Virus record (IMG/VR): IMGVR_UViG_3300021399_000134
Span: 21,279-85,278 of that record
Source of the DNA: a virus
Taxonomy: Duplodnaviria; Caudoviricetes
Reading direction: 5' to 3' (one strand)
Length of the DNA: 64,000 nucleotides
The notes under the pieces: generated by a model
Told to the model about the DNA's origin: nothing
Seen by the model: the letters and a program-made list of their open reading frames with translations, nothing else
Databases searched by the model: none
Translations under genes and position numbers: made by a program
Shown: piece after piece, positions 19,016 to 29,649 of the stretch
Layout of the letters: every line of letters begins with the position of its first letter
Position numbering within the stretch: position 1 is the stretch's first letter

Positions 19016-19474
19016 CTATTTTCCTTTCATAACTGGAGCATAATAGCCATGCTGTGTTGCATATTTTTTCTCTAATATTTTATTAGAGTATTCATACAAA
19101 TTTTGTACAGCACTTAATTGATTAGACTGAGCATAGAATTTTTGCTCTGTTTCTCCAAAGAATTGATTAATTAAGTTCTCGGTTTCTAATTTTGGTCCAA
19201 GCCATTCCACTACCATTCCATGTGCAAACATACTTTCCACAAAATTTTTATCATATAAATCATCAATGCTTGATGCTAATGTGTAAGTAACTTCTTGCTT
19301 GTCATCATCAATCGCTATTTTAGAAAATAATTTTCGTATGATAGGTTTACCAAGTAATGCAGTAAACCATTCATACATAGATGCGTAAGCATCTTCTTCT
19401 GAAAGAGATGCTAAATCATACCCTGATATAATCGACAAAAAACGAGAATAAATTGATTCATAAGTAGAGGTCAT
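19016..19474 (-). CDS. Putative head-tail adaptor
   Basis: 152 aa helical ORF starting MTSTYESIYSRFL; GGAGG RBS; second gene after the capsid gene. Confidence 0.55.
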   Translation of the reverse strand: MTSTYESIYSRFLSIISGYDLASLSEEDAYASMYEWFTALLGKPIIRKLFSKIAIDDDKQEVTYTLASSIDDLYDKNFVESMFAHGMVVEWLGPKLETENLINQFFGETEQKFYAQSNQLSAVQNLYEYSNKILEKKYATQHGYYAPVMKGK

Positions 19475-19489
19475 ATAGCACCTCCTTTG

Positions 19490-20146
19490 CTAAATAAATT
19501 CTTTAATTGATGTTCCACAAATTTCGTCAATGGCTGCTATCTTATTAAGCGAAGGATAGTTTTCCTCGTGTATCATACTCATTACAGTATGCTTGATAAC
19601 ATCTCCAAAAACCTTTGGTGCTTTACTAAGGATTTCTTTAAATTTATCATCATCTAAATCAAAAAACTCTTCAGGTGAAGTTACATTTAAATACTTCTTG
19701 TAAGCACCACTAAGGTCTTTTTTCCACAACTCACAAAGTGTGTCATCTTCAATTAAGACCTGTCCTTCTTTAAATATGCTTCTTCTTCGAAGATACTGTA
19801 AATCTTTGTAAGTTATGTATTCAACATCTCCATATGCATTCCAACGATATAATGTAATCTGGTCAATTCCTGTTTCAACAATTTTCCACGGAACAACACT
19901 TCTGCATGGGATTACATCATTAGGGTTATAAGTCCTAACAATATCTTGTGGCATAACCTTTTTTGATGATGGCGTTTCCTCTTTTGGGGTAGGAATAGAA
20001 AAAGAATAGTTGCTTTCAGCAAACTGTATTTCATCATCCTTTAAACTCTGCATATGATTTGAGATGTCATAACCATTGTCTTTGAAAAATGCAATTAAAT
20101 CTTTATTTTTAGTGTTTAACTTTTTTGACAATTCGTAAACTTTCAT
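19490..20146 (-). CDS. Capsid-adjacent protein with an IF2 N-terminal-domain-like first ~45 aa
   Basis: MKVYELSKKLNTKNKDLIAFFKDNGYDISNHMQSL resembles the IF2_N pattern (RVYELAKELG..SKEL...L...G...KSHMS.L). Confidence 0.65.
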   Translation of the reverse strand: MKVYELSKKLNTKNKDLIAFFKDNGYDISNHMQSLKDDEIQFAESNYSFSIPTPKEETPSSKKVMPQDIVRTYNPNDVIPCRSVVPWKIVETGIDQITLYRWNAYGDVEYITYKDLQYLRRRSIFKEGQVLIEDDTLCELWKKDLSGAYKKYLNVTSPEEFFDLDDDKFKEILSKAPKVFGDVIKHTVMSMIHEENYPSLNKIAAIDEICGTSIKEFI

Positions 20147-20181
20147 TCTGTATTCTCCTTTTATTCATATATATATATTAT

Positions 20182-21294
20182 TTAATTTGTAGCAATAATT
20201 TCGCCAAAGAGTTCGTCAACAACAACGCCGATGCCTTCCCAGAAATTCAACTGTCCTTCAACAGTTCTATCCTGTAATTCGCCATCACGACCTCTTTCAA
20301 CATACTCAACATCACCTTCGTTTACACGCTTGATAGGCTTGAATGTTGCTGACTTAGGAAGTATCAAAATCTTCTTATCGTCATTAGCGTCAAATACACT
20401 CTGTCTTGTGCCAGGAATATTAACTCTTTCAAGTGCAAGACATTCATTACCCATCCAATGACCAATCTTGCCAGTCATGTTTAATTCTTCTTTCATAGAC
20501 TCTGAATAAATGTCATAAGGTACAGTTGCCTGCAACTTATTAATTGCTCCAGTTGTTCCAGTAAGAAGAACTTCTGATACACCAGCAACAGACTTAACTA
20601 AATCAATGTGTGCAATAATATCTGCTGTTGTTGCAGTAACAATTGCTGTTGTAAGAATCATGTCTGTAGGAAGTACAGTATCCATTCCTTTAAATGCCTC
20701 AAAAAGACTTGAATATCTGTACTGTTCCATTGACTGATACATTCTGTCAATAAGTGCTGCAAAATCAATCTTACCTGTCATAAAGAGAACATAATCTGTA
20801 TAAACTTTGATAGTGTATGTTGAAGTATCAACTCTGAACGATCTACCAGGTGTTACTTTCTGTCTAACAACATCATGATGATTTCCAGCCCACTTAGAAA
20901 CTGTAAGAAGTCCTTTGCTTTCAACAAAGAATTCGTTTTCATCACCAAGAGCAATATTCTTATCCTCTACAAGATTCATGAATGCAGCGTTGCTAGGATT
21001 CCAACCACTATTCATTCTGTCGATAAGAATATTTTCAACGATACTATTTACTTCAATACCATGTGCTCTCCACGCCTGTCTTCTCTCTGTCTGTGTAACA
21101 TTTTTATCAGCAAAGTCTACACCAAGAATTGATGTAAGCTGACATCTAATCATCTGATTGGTTTCCTCTGCTGAATACTTTGTATACTTTCTCTTTGATG
21201 CATCAAGTGCTAACTGCTCAAATGCAAGAATATTATCTGGGTTATTATCAAAAACAGCCTTTACTCTGTCGCTATAAAACATAATATTTTTCAT
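20182..21294 (-). CDS. Major capsid protein
   Basis: 370 aa; strong GGAGG RBS; downstream of protease and decoration genes; motifs such as VEDKNIALGDENEF and FWEGIGVV. Confidence 0.8.
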   Translation of the reverse strand: MKNIMFYSDRVKAVFDNNPDNILAFEQLALDASKRKYTKYSAEETNQMIRCQLTSILGVDFADKNVTQTERRQAWRAHGIEVNSIVENILIDRMNSGWNPSNAAFMNLVEDKNIALGDENEFFVESKGLLTVSKWAGNHHDVVRQKVTPGRSFRVDTSTYTIKVYTDYVLFMTGKIDFAALIDRMYQSMEQYRYSSLFEAFKGMDTVLPTDMILTTAIVTATTADIIAHIDLVKSVAGVSEVLLTGTTGAINKLQATVPYDIYSESMKEELNMTGKIGHWMGNECLALERVNIPGTRQSVFDANDDKKILILPKSATFKPIKRVNEGDVEYVERGRDGELQDRTVEGQLNFWEGIGVVVDELFGEIIATN

Positions 21295-21312
21295 TTGTTT
21301 TCGCCTCCTTCC

Positions 21313-21912
21313 TTATGCTACTGATTCATTCTTTAATACTTCAATACGAACCATGTTAAATGTTGCAAATTCACTTGTTGTTACAGAATGGATTCTACCA
21401 ATGAAACCATATGTATCTCCACTTGGCTTACTTGTAACTGCTTTCCAAAGTCCATCCTCATTAACTACAACATAGTTACCAACAGCAACATTATCTGTAT
21501 CTCCAGTTTTTACAAACTGATACTGTGCTACTGCAAAGATGTCGCCATCATGCTCATCACCACGAACCTGATATACTTTTGCAAGTGTACCTGCCTTATG
21601 ATAGAAGTTATAAGGCTGTGACTGTCCGAGTGTAAATGCATCTTTGATAACTTCTGGTGAACCTGTAACACCAATCTTATCTCCTTTAGAGGCGATTGCG
21701 ATATAACGCTCCTGTAATCCGTTTCCTGTATATGCACCAACTACAACTGGTACACCATTGTCAATTGCGATTTCTGTCTTTTCTTCAGCATCCAAATCCT
21801 CTACTGCAAGACCATCCCAAAGATGACCAGCGAGAGTGCTGACAAGTAAAGAAGATTCCCACATACCATGATAGTTTGTGTTTACTTCATCTAAATTAGT
21901 ATATATTGCCAT
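21313..21912 (-). CDS. Putative head decoration protein
   Basis: 199 aa ORF between the protease/scaffold and capsid genes (IDNGVPVVVG..DIFAV). Confidence 0.6.
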   Translation of the reverse strand: MAIYTNLDEVNTNYHGMWESSLLVSTLAGHLWDGLAVEDLDAEEKTEIAIDNGVPVVVGAYTGNGLQERYIAIASKGDKIGVTGSPEVIKDAFTLGQSQPYNFYHKAGTLAKVYQVRGDEHDGDIFAVAQYQFVKTGDTDNVAVGNYVVVNEDGLWKAVTSKPSGDTYGFIGRIHSVTTSEFATFNMVRIEVLKNESVA

Positions 21913-21936
21913 TTCTTTTAATTCCTTTCTTTTGAT

Positions 21937-23514
21937 TTAGTTTTTTTTGATTTTTGCATTTAATGTACTAAGAAAATCATCTTTTTCAGTTACATGCTTA
22001 CTAAATGCAAATGACTGTTTAGTTTTCTCAGGCTCAGGCTTAGACTCAATTTTATGTCTTTTAGCATATTCAAGTAATATACTATCTGCTTTGCTCTGAA
22101 CTTCTTCAACAGATAAATTAAAGTAAGTTTCTCTGTTCTTTAAATTCTTAAACTCGTCAGTATCAGAAATATTTTCGTAATCCTTTGATTCCAAAATCTT
22201 AATCTTCTCAGGTTCACTTTCATACTTCTCTAACTTTTCGAACATTGATGGGTATGTATCCATCATTCTCTGATACCTTGCTTTCTCATCTGCTGACATC
22301 CATACAGCCTCAATTGGAATTCTCTCTCCAACAAGTGAGAATACACCATTTCTTTCTCTGTATGACTGACGATAATTATTATTGTACCCATACATATAAA
22401 GTATATGATTATCTTCATCTGCATCTACTCTATAATATTCATCATCAACGCATGAGTAAGCATCGTGCACTAATCTTGAAAGTTCTTCGAGTTTTTCAGA
22501 AAGAGTAAGAGAGTAGGTATGCAGTACCTTATCGCCATTAAGCACACTATATGTAATTGTATAGTTTTCTGTTGTAGGCTCTGGCTCTGGTTCTGTCTCA
22601 GGCTCAGAGTTTTCAGGTTCGGTTGCGAATACTTCTTTAAACTTATTCTCTAACTCTTCATCTGATAAGCCTTCAACTTCAAATGTTAGGTCAGTCTCTG
22701 TCTTTCCATACTGATTTAAAAGTTCTTCAAGTTTGCTCACTGAATTTTCCTCCTTTCCTGAGTTTTCAATTTTAGACAGTCTTTTATCAAACTTTTCTAA
22801 AATCTCTTTAATATTTAAATCAGCAGAACTACGTGTCAATGAATTGTTCTCCTGACTAAAATCTAAAATACTTACACCTGCACCTTCCATACCAGGTAGT
22901 ACATCTTCTCCAAGCAATGTGTATCCCATTACTTCAAACTTATCTAAAAAGATACTATTGCTTTCTGCGTCAAATCGCATTTCATTCACTAGCAATTCAA
23001 CACTACCAGAACATCCACCTCTTCTTTCGATAATTTCTGATGCTTTTGTATAGTCTTTTGGAATAGCAGCAGTAGCATAAATATAATTTTTACCGTTTTC
23101 CTCGTTGTAAATCATTGTAGGTTCATCAGCGGTAAATGCACCTACTTGCTGTTCAATGTAAACAATAGAGTCATCATCTTCATCTTCCTCAATTTCATGA
23201 CCCATAAAATCTAAAACTTTGTTGCCATCTTCATCTTCAACTTCTTTAAATGCGGCAAGGATAGGTTTATATTTAATTCCTTCCATACATGCTTCAGCTG
23301 ATTCAAAAGTGACATTAGTTCCATTTAAGTTATCTTTGTCATGCAAAACTAATACTCCTAGAAATAGAAGTAAATCATTATCAATATCCTTTTTTTCGTA
23401 TGTTGTAGGAACTTGAACGCATAACTGATAACCTTGTTCATTCGCACTAAATCTTGTAAAATTGGATTTCTTACAAAATTTAATAAGCGATTCAATTGTT
23501 AAAAGTTTCTTCAC
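21937..23514 (-). CDS. Prohead protease fused to scaffold region
   Basis: 525 aa; N-terminal protease-like part (HDKDNLNGTNV, GSVELLVNE, GYTLLGEDVLPGMEGA) followed by an acidic coiled region with EP repeats. Confidence 0.7.
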   Translation of the reverse strand: MKKLLTIESLIKFCKKSNFTRFSANEQGYQLCVQVPTTYEKKDIDNDLLLFLGVLVLHDKDNLNGTNVTFESAEACMEGIKYKPILAAFKEVEDEDGNKVLDFMGHEIEEDEDDDSIVYIEQQVGAFTADEPTMIYNEENGKNYIYATAAIPKDYTKASEIIERRGGCSGSVELLVNEMRFDAESNSIFLDKFEVMGYTLLGEDVLPGMEGAGVSILDFSQENNSLTRSSADLNIKEILEKFDKRLSKIENSGKEENSVSKLEELLNQYGKTETDLTFEVEGLSDEELENKFKEVFATEPENSEPETEPEPEPTTENYTITYSVLNGDKVLHTYSLTLSEKLEELSRLVHDAYSCVDDEYYRVDADEDNHILYMYGYNNNYRQSYRERNGVFSLVGERIPIEAVWMSADEKARYQRMMDTYPSMFEKLEKYESEPEKIKILESKDYENISDTDEFKNLKNRETYFNLSVEEVQSKADSILLEYAKRHKIESKPEPEKTKQSFAFSKHVTEKDDFLSTLNAKIKKN

Positions 23515-23535
23515 TTGTCTAATTCCTTTCTCTAA

Positions 23536-24018
23536 TTAAACACGAGCATTAAGCATGTAAAAATTAGCCTGAATCTGTATTGATGTAGTACCAGTATTCG
23601 TAATAACAAAACCATTAGTATTTAATGCAATGCTGATAGTAACAGTATTATTAGCATTACTAATTTCAAGTGTTTCTCCAACTCTACCAATTAATGACAT
23701 AGTATCAGTAAAATCAGATGAGCCTTCACCACGTAAACTCATTAATTCAATAATCACACCTGTGTATTTAGGGTAGAAACTATCACTATAAATTTGTTCA
23801 TAATGACTTCGTGAAATAGTACCGCCTGCTGCTATTGTTTCAAAAATAGCAACACCATTTTCGAGTTTGATACAAGCACCAATATTTAAATTATTTATTT
23901 CGTCTTTAATCTCTTTGTATGCTGCATCAATCTTGTCTGAATTAGTATTCATATCATCCACATCGTAATAATCAGATGTGCTTGGTTTTCTTAATTCAAG
24001 ATTGGTTGTTGTTTCCAT
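23536..24018 (-). CDS. Fibre-like structural protein
   Basis: N-terminus TTNLELRKPSTSDYYDVDDMNTNSDKID is a common phage fibre anchoring motif. Confidence 0.6.
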   Translation of the reverse strand: METTTNLELRKPSTSDYYDVDDMNTNSDKIDAAYKEIKDEINNLNIGACIKLENGVAIFETIAAGGTISRSHYEQIYSDSFYPKYTGVIIELMSLRGEGSSDFTDTMSLIGRVGETLEISNANNTVTISIALNTNGFVITNTGTTSIQIQANFYMLNARV

Positions 24019-24044
24019 TTAGTTTCCTTTCTCCACATAAAAAT

Positions 24045-24066
24045 ATCCCCTACAAAAGTAGGGGAT
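24045..24066 (-). terminator. Intrinsic terminator
   Basis: ATCCCCTAC-AAAA-GTAGGGGAT perfect stem with a T-run downstream on the minus strand. Confidence 0.7.
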
Positions 24067-24103
24067 TATGTAGTATTTGTATTAACAATGTGTATTTAGT
24101 AAA

Positions 24104-25123
24104 TTAGTTCCCTTTTGTACCTACTGGCATCATTAAGATAGTATTCCTTTTGTTTCTATTTGATGCACTTAATATACCCATATATTCATTTTCAGTTAAA
24201 ACATCTAACCTTTCTGGACATATAGGCATATAATCTACATTATTTATTTTATAAGTATTTCCACAACTAATTCCTATACTACCATCTGTATAAATAGCTT
24301 TCAATTCACTGAATGTATACTGTTTATGCACATATCTGAAACCACTATAACTATCATTATATGTGTAAAATTCTGGTAATATAAATGGAAATGTAATATT
24401 AGATAAGTAATAATCTCCGCTATTAAATTCTGGTGTAACAGTGTCAATCAGTGCTTTTATATATGGTGAATTATATGAATCAGAACTATCTGAACTTTTA
24501 GGTTTATATAAATATATAGGACCTTGAAATTCTCTGTTGCTGTAACTTACTGGAATAGGTATAGATGTACTATTTGGGCTATAATAATATGTATAATCCA
24601 TAGACGAAAAAACTGGGAAATACTTACCATTAGTTTGAATAAATGTAATTAGATTGAATTTATTACCAGCATAATCATTAAATGTATAGACATTATTATT
24701 TCTGTCATTTATTTCATCAGTTGTGAACCAAGTAAATACTTTACCGTCATCTAAAGAATATACTCTTAGATATTTAAATGGTTCTATACCATTAGAATCA
24801 TGACCTATATAAGCAGGTTGTGCATAATAACTAGCAGCTGATTTGTTAATTTCTCCTTCTAATGATGTTATCATCTCTCTAAACCAATATGCAGTACCTT
24901 TAAAAGGACCTTTAATTATAACCTTACTTCCTATATTGATTAGGCAATGTCCAAAATATCCAGTAGTACCATTATAGTTAAACGGCAACAAACATCTCCA
25001 TTCATCAGCTAAATTAGGTGTGTCATCATAAGCAGATAATACTTCTTTCATGGCGTGGATAAAAGATAAAGCTCTTTCTGTAGACTGATACTCACCCTCT
25101 AAATCATAATCATAATATATCAT
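24104..25123 (-). CDS. Hypothetical Tyr-rich protein (candidate receptor/fibre tip)
   Basis: 339 aa ORF overlapping the upstream gene; GAGGAGG RBS. Confidence 0.65.
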   Translation of the reverse strand: MIYYDYDLEGEYQSTERALSFIHAMKEVLSAYDDTPNLADEWRCLLPFNYNGTTGYFGHCLINIGSKVIIKGPFKGTAYWFREMITSLEGEINKSAASYYAQPAYIGHDSNGIEPFKYLRVYSLDDGKVFTWFTTDEINDRNNNVYTFNDYAGNKFNLITFIQTNGKYFPVFSSMDYTYYYSPNSTSIPIPVSYSNREFQGPIYLYKPKSSDSSDSYNSPYIKALIDTVTPEFNSGDYYLSNITFPFILPEFYTYNDSYSGFRYVHKQYTFSELKAIYTDGSIGISCGNTYKINNVDYMPICPERLDVLTENEYMGILSASNRNKRNTILMMPVGTKGN

Positions 25124-25368
25124 TCTGTAACCTCCTCTATGGTAACTTTTGTAATAGTATTTCCAACATTAGTTGCACTTAATTCCCTAGTGTTTTGTAA
25201 TAAGGTTATTTCTGATGGACCACTACCACTTGAAATATCAGCAATCTTTGTTGCATAATCTCTAAATGTGTCTGAATCTGAAACTTCTACACCTTTTTCA
25301 ATAATAGCATTCTTGATGTTCGCCTTTGTGGTATTAAGATAGTTTAATTTATCTGCAATAGTACCCAT
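25120..25368 (-). CDS. Small fibre-associated protein (82 aa)
   Basis: Start MGTIADKLNYLNTTKANIKNAIIEKGV at 25368 (TAATG overlap, GGAGG RBS), a motif typical of fibre N-termini. Confidence 0.7.
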   Translation of the reverse strand: MGTIADKLNYLNTTKANIKNAIIEKGVEVSDSDTFRDYATKIADISSGSGPSEITLLQNTRELSATNVGNTITKVTIEEVTE

Positions 25369-27821
25369 TAAACCACCTCCCCATTGATTGTATCTAAGGT
25401 AGATGAAATATCGCCTATCATTGCGTCTATTTCGCTCTTGGTATAACATATATCTTTTACAGCTGTTATTATATCAGAAGCAGCATTTTTTACAAAATAC
25501 CTCACATCTCCTACATCCCCTGTATCAGCCCATATGTTGTTAGTGCCAAGAAGCGACTTAACAGCAGTAGGAGTAAGTTGGTAGGTTTGAGGTGTGGCTA
25601 ATTTGTAGACAAGTTGTACAGGATTTCCATTTGTTTTTTGAGAAACCAAATACGCATTAAAATCTGCCACAGAAGATATTGATAATAAAGCATCAACCTT
25701 GTTCTTATAGAACATAATATAATGTCCACTACTTGGTGTTGTTCCAACAATACATTCTCTTCTATCACCGTAATTAAAATGTGATAATATTCCATCTTCT
25801 GAAAATTGTGATTTTGCAAAAGGAATTGAATTATCCAAAAGCCTATAATAATTTCCACTTTCAGAGAATGTAATGTCTGAAATGTTATAGTATGCTCTAT
25901 CCACCGTCAACACCCCACTAACCACATCAAGACTACCACCATATACTGTGAGTGGGTTATCTCCGTCTTTGAATTGGATGTTGTAGGTTTGTCCGTTGTA
26001 GGGTTCGTAGGTGGTCGCGGTATCGTCCACCTCGATTTGAGCATTTGGATATGTTTCATACTCAGTGTGTATGTTATATACACCTAACACTACGTACTCT
26101 GCCCCACTTGGCACTTGTTTTGTTCCATTGTTATCAATTGATCGAAAAGTGCTAATTACATCATTAAAATCATCACTACCTAGCCACGCACTATAAACAC
26201 CACCTTGGTTCATAAATCCACTTATGGTTATTTTTGATAACCCTTTTACCTTAATCTTAACACTCTTCCACCCCCCTGCATTTTGTAAGGTTACAAAAGA
26301 ACCGTCTCCTGTTGGAGTATTAGAAGTATAATAAATATTATAAAAGCCATTATTGTAAGAAAACAGATTCTTCCCACATTTCGTCACATTCGCCTCTGTA
26401 TGTCCGCTTATATGTCTTACATTCTCTGGACTTGGGTCTCCACTTCCTTCTTGTATTGGCTCTATGCCGACTTTGAGGGAGAGCATAGGGAACGCTCCAC
26501 AGTTTGATAGGGTTTTTACGCTTTCGTAAGTGCTGTCTTCTGCAATACTCATATGTATATCATTATAAATACCATCAGAAGTTACTGGATTTTCTGATTT
26601 ATCCGTAGGAACAGTATCAAAAGTTAGGGCATCTTGTTTATCATTTAATAAATTATTGGTTTCACTCTTAGTGTAATAATTACCAATAATATCAAACATT
26701 GTTCCGCTTGTAATATAATTATTACTATTTTCTGTTAATTCTGTATCAACAACCCTTGCAATTTTACAATAGCTTGTTCCTTCAGGATATTCAACACCAG
26801 GTACTACAATTAAACCTGCATATTGCATTGAATTCTGTGGATAATCATATATGTCACTAGCGCCTGAAGTGCTAAAATCATGAGATAATTTAAGGTAATT
26901 ATCATATGGCTCATTGATTCCATGATTGATATATTCTGCATAAAAATTTCTTTCTTCCCAAGAGCTTTCGCCAGTTGACTTGATAATATCAACTGTAATA
27001 CTAAGATTATAATGAGCATTCAAAGAAGGTAACACATTGTTAATAAACTTAACAATGCTATCTGTGTATGTTACTTCTGTATCATAGCTATACGCTGTTT
27101 TATTAACTTTATATTTAGCATATTTAATTGTCTGCACATAATCTTCTACATTAGCAAACATTAAATTATTTAAGTCAATATCAGTAACTGGTACATCAGT
27201 AACATCAAGAACGATATGAACATTACAACCATAGGTATCTTCAACAATTCTATCCACTACATCTATGGTACTTTCTTTAAAAGTACATGTAATTTCATCT
27301 GTCTTAAATCTAATTGTACCTACTACATCAGAATTATAGACATTAAACATTGTAACAAAATTGGTAGAACTCATATAATTTCTTAATAATTCACGATGAT
27401 TATTAGGAGTATCAACAGATGAACTCTTTACTGAATAAAACTTTAAAATATTATTGGTATTATTTAAATTATCAACAAATGTTTTAAAGTTAGTAATCGT
27501 ATTTGTAATATCTTCGCCATTCTTATATACTGCATAACCTACTTGAGTATATTCTGTAGGAATCTTCAACTCATCCAGTGTAAAATCATAGAAAATATTT
27601 ACTTCGTATAAGTCAGGATTACTGATTGCATCATATACACCGCCAGATGTAACTGGGTTTGTTGAGTTTTCAGTAGGTGTATTATCAAAGTTTAATACAT
27701 CTTGTTTATCAACTAATAAATTATCTATTGCATTTCTATCGTAAGTTCTAGACTTAACAAAACCAGTTATTTTTTCAATCATATCAAGTCCTTGATTACG
27801 AGTTAAGAAACCATTTTCCAT
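25368..27821 (-). CDS. Large mosaic fibre-like structural protein
   Basis: 817 aa; two copies of KQD.L.FD..PT..S.NPVTS.G.Y; C-terminal module QEGSGDPSPENVR..GKNLF..YEPY..GVLT..VYKLATP. Confidence 0.7.
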   Translation of the reverse strand: MENGFLTRNQGLDMIEKITGFVKSRTYDRNAIDNLLVDKQDVLNFDNTPTENSTNPVTSGGVYDAISNPDLYEVNIFYDFTLDELKIPTEYTQVGYAVYKNGEDITNTITNFKTFVDNLNNTNNILKFYSVKSSSVDTPNNHRELLRNYMSSTNFVTMFNVYNSDVVGTIRFKTDEITCTFKESTIDVVDRIVEDTYGCNVHIVLDVTDVPVTDIDLNNLMFANVEDYVQTIKYAKYKVNKTAYSYDTEVTYTDSIVKFINNVLPSLNAHYNLSITVDIIKSTGESSWEERNFYAEYINHGINEPYDNYLKLSHDFSTSGASDIYDYPQNSMQYAGLIVVPGVEYPEGTSYCKIARVVDTELTENSNNYITSGTMFDIIGNYYTKSETNNLLNDKQDALTFDTVPTDKSENPVTSDGIYNDIHMSIAEDSTYESVKTLSNCGAFPMLSLKVGIEPIQEGSGDPSPENVRHISGHTEANVTKCGKNLFSYNNGFYNIYYTSNTPTGDGSFVTLQNAGGWKSVKIKVKGLSKITISGFMNQGGVYSAWLGSDDFNDVISTFRSIDNNGTKQVPSGAEYVVLGVYNIHTEYETYPNAQIEVDDTATTYEPYNGQTYNIQFKDGDNPLTVYGGSLDVVSGVLTVDRAYYNISDITFSESGNYYRLLDNSIPFAKSQFSEDGILSHFNYGDRRECIVGTTPSSGHYIMFYKNKVDALLSISSVADFNAYLVSQKTNGNPVQLVYKLATPQTYQLTPTAVKSLLGTNNIWADTGDVGDVRYFVKNAASDIITAVKDICYTKSEIDAMIGDISSTLDTINGEVV

Positions 27822-27846
27822 TCAGTAAACCTCCTTTCTTTTATTG

Positions 27847-28716
27847 TTACTCTGTCATATCATCTGTAACATCTATACCTAAAGCACACCAACCTTCCAT
27901 TAAACTGCCTGTTGCATTACGTACAGTTTGTGTTTCAGGATATGGTAAGATAAAATAATATTTATTATCAATATGTAGTGTTTCAAAAGTTGAACCTGCT
28001 GGAAAACTTGTAAAGAAATACATACGACTTGTTTCTGTTCCATCTGTAAAAAGTTGTTTATAGAATACTGCATTTTCTGAATCAACAGTTCTCTTTGAAG
28101 TCATACTCCAACTTTGATGATAATAATCGGCATCACCATCCATCAATACAGTATTAGTATAAATAGGTTCAGCACCACCAAATTTTATTGCTGGTAATCC
28201 ACCGATGAATGTAGATGGATAATCAAAATTATAATAATAACCTAAGCCATCGCTCTTATAGTATGTATTCGAATTGGTAACAAATAATTCTGAATTTGTT
28301 TTATCAATCAAAACAATAGATGAACATGGAGTAACTCCTTTAAAATTAGCATTTTTATAATTAATAAAATCATTTCCAAAACAAATAACTATAAAAGAAC
28401 TAAAATTATAAATATAAACATATGCATCCGCAATACTTGTACCAGTTGCTTTTGCTGCTTTATCTCCGCCTAGTTTTACCATCATAGAGTCGTTCTTGCC
28501 TAATAAATTTATATCATTGTGTGACGCACCAGAACTAGTGACTTTAGTTCCGCTAAACACAGGTAAAGTTTTATAGTAAGCAATGTTTTCTATTATTGAC
28601 CAATCTGAATCACCAAAAATATTTACAAAACTTGTTGTATCATTATTTTGTAAATAAGTATATATATTTGCTACTGTACCACTTGATACAGCTGGAATTG
28701 AAAGTCTTGAACTCAT
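27847..28716 (-). CDS. Hypothetical beta-rich protein (candidate receptor/fibre tip)
   Basis: 289 aa ORF with GAGG RBS. Confidence 0.65.
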   Translation of the reverse strand: MSSRLSIPAVSSGTVANIYTYLQNNDTTSFVNIFGDSDWSIIENIAYYKTLPVFSGTKVTSSGASHNDINLLGKNDSMMVKLGGDKAAKATGTSIADAYVYIYNFSSFIVICFGNDFINYKNANFKGVTPCSSIVLIDKTNSELFVTNSNTYYKSDGLGYYYNFDYPSTFIGGLPAIKFGGAEPIYTNTVLMDGDADYYHQSWSMTSKRTVDSENAVFYKQLFTDGTETSRMYFFTSFPAGSTFETLHIDNKYYFILPYPETQTVRNATGSLMEGWCALGIDVTDDMTE

Positions 28717-28720
28717 TTTA

Positions 28721-28945
28721 TCATTCCTCCTCTGTTATTATGCCTGTTAAAACTGGTATATTATATAAAGTATTTGTGCCATCAAAGAAATGTCTTATTC
28801 CCGATTTAGCCCCTCCAGTATTTATCTCAATATCATCTATTGCGTCATCCATATCTTCAACCTTAATTAAACCAGTAGTTCCTGCTTTATTTCTTATAGA
28901 ATTTGCAATATCAGTAAGGGTATCTCCAACTACGTACCATATCAT
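28721..28945 (-). CDS. Small fibre-associated protein (74 aa)
   Basis: GDTLTDIANSIRNKAGTTGLIKVEDMDDAIDDI motif, typical of fibre N-termini. Confidence 0.7.
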   Translation of the reverse strand: MIWYVVGDTLTDIANSIRNKAGTTGLIKVEDMDDAIDDIEINTGGAKSGIRHFFDGTNTLYNIPVLTGIITEEE

Positions 28946-29397
28946 TAGAATCCCTCCTCATTCGCACCATCAAGAGGTGGCGTATTGTTAAAAATATCAA
29001 CATATTCTTGCTCAGTAATGTCATCTGCGGCGGATGCTAAAATTTTGTTATCAACTTCAGTTTTTGTGTAATAATCATCAAGGCTAAATGATTGAGTACC
29101 TAATAATTCCCATTTATTATTATAGTAAATATATTCACTGTATAAATTACCTTCTTCTGAATCTTCTGCCAATACCAAATAAATAGTAGTGGAAGATATG
29201 TCCGTTGTCGGTAATTCGTCTACAAGTTCAATGTCAAATTTTGGAAGTACATCTACTAAATCTTTTAAAGCAACAACAGCACCTGTAAGAGTACCATCTC
29301 CAATCTCTGATATATCGGTTGTGCCTATCTTATTAATAACATCATCAATTGCAGTTGACGCTTTGATTATCTTTGCTAATAAAAATTTAATATTCAT
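28945..29397 (-). CDS. Fibre adaptor-like structural protein
   Basis: Probable start MNIKFLLAK at 29397 (TAATG overlap); IGTTDISEIGDGTLTGAV and ELVDELPTTDISSTTIYLV..YSEYIYYNNKWELLG motifs. Confidence 0.7.
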   Translation of the reverse strand: MNIKFLLAKIIKASTAIDDVINKIGTTDISEIGDGTLTGAVVALKDLVDVLPKFDIELVDELPTTDISSTTIYLVLAEDSEEGNLYSEYIYYNNKWELLGTQSFSLDDYYTKTEVDNKILASAADDITEQEYVDIFNNTPPLDGANEEGF

Positions 29398-29645
29398 TAC
29401 GCACCTCCTACTAATACCCATTCATCATTAGAATTCAGTACATAATAATTGGCACTTTTAATAGCCAAGCAATCTGACCCTTTAGCACATTTCTTACAAG
29501 AGGTTTCGTCATTCCCTTGTTTCGCACCCTCAGAAGAGGATGTTGGAAGATTTGCAACATCTTCATCTGTATCGCATAAAAATGGAATTACTCTACTTCC
29601 ACCTGCACTTATTGATAAAGCACTCTGATCAATCCAATATGCCAT
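29397..29645 (-). CDS. Small structural-region protein
   Basis: 82 aa; FLCDTDEDVANLPT..GSDCL..YYVLNSNDEW. Confidence 0.7.
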   Translation of the reverse strand: MAYWIDQSALSISAGGSRVIPFLCDTDEDVANLPTSSSEGAKQGNDETSCKKCAKGSDCLAIKSANYYVLNSNDEWVLVGGA

Positions 29646-29649
29646 TTTC

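Noticed and set aside
20163-20181. (TA)n runs here and at ~40040 and ~55610 as a shared regulatory motif
   Set aside because: Low-complexity runs with no shared flanks are expected in AT-rich intergenic DNA.
25368-27821. Diversity-generating retroelement target in the fibre gene
   Set aside because: The internal repeats are protein-level motifs; I saw no adenine-specific TR/VR pair and no reverse transcriptase.
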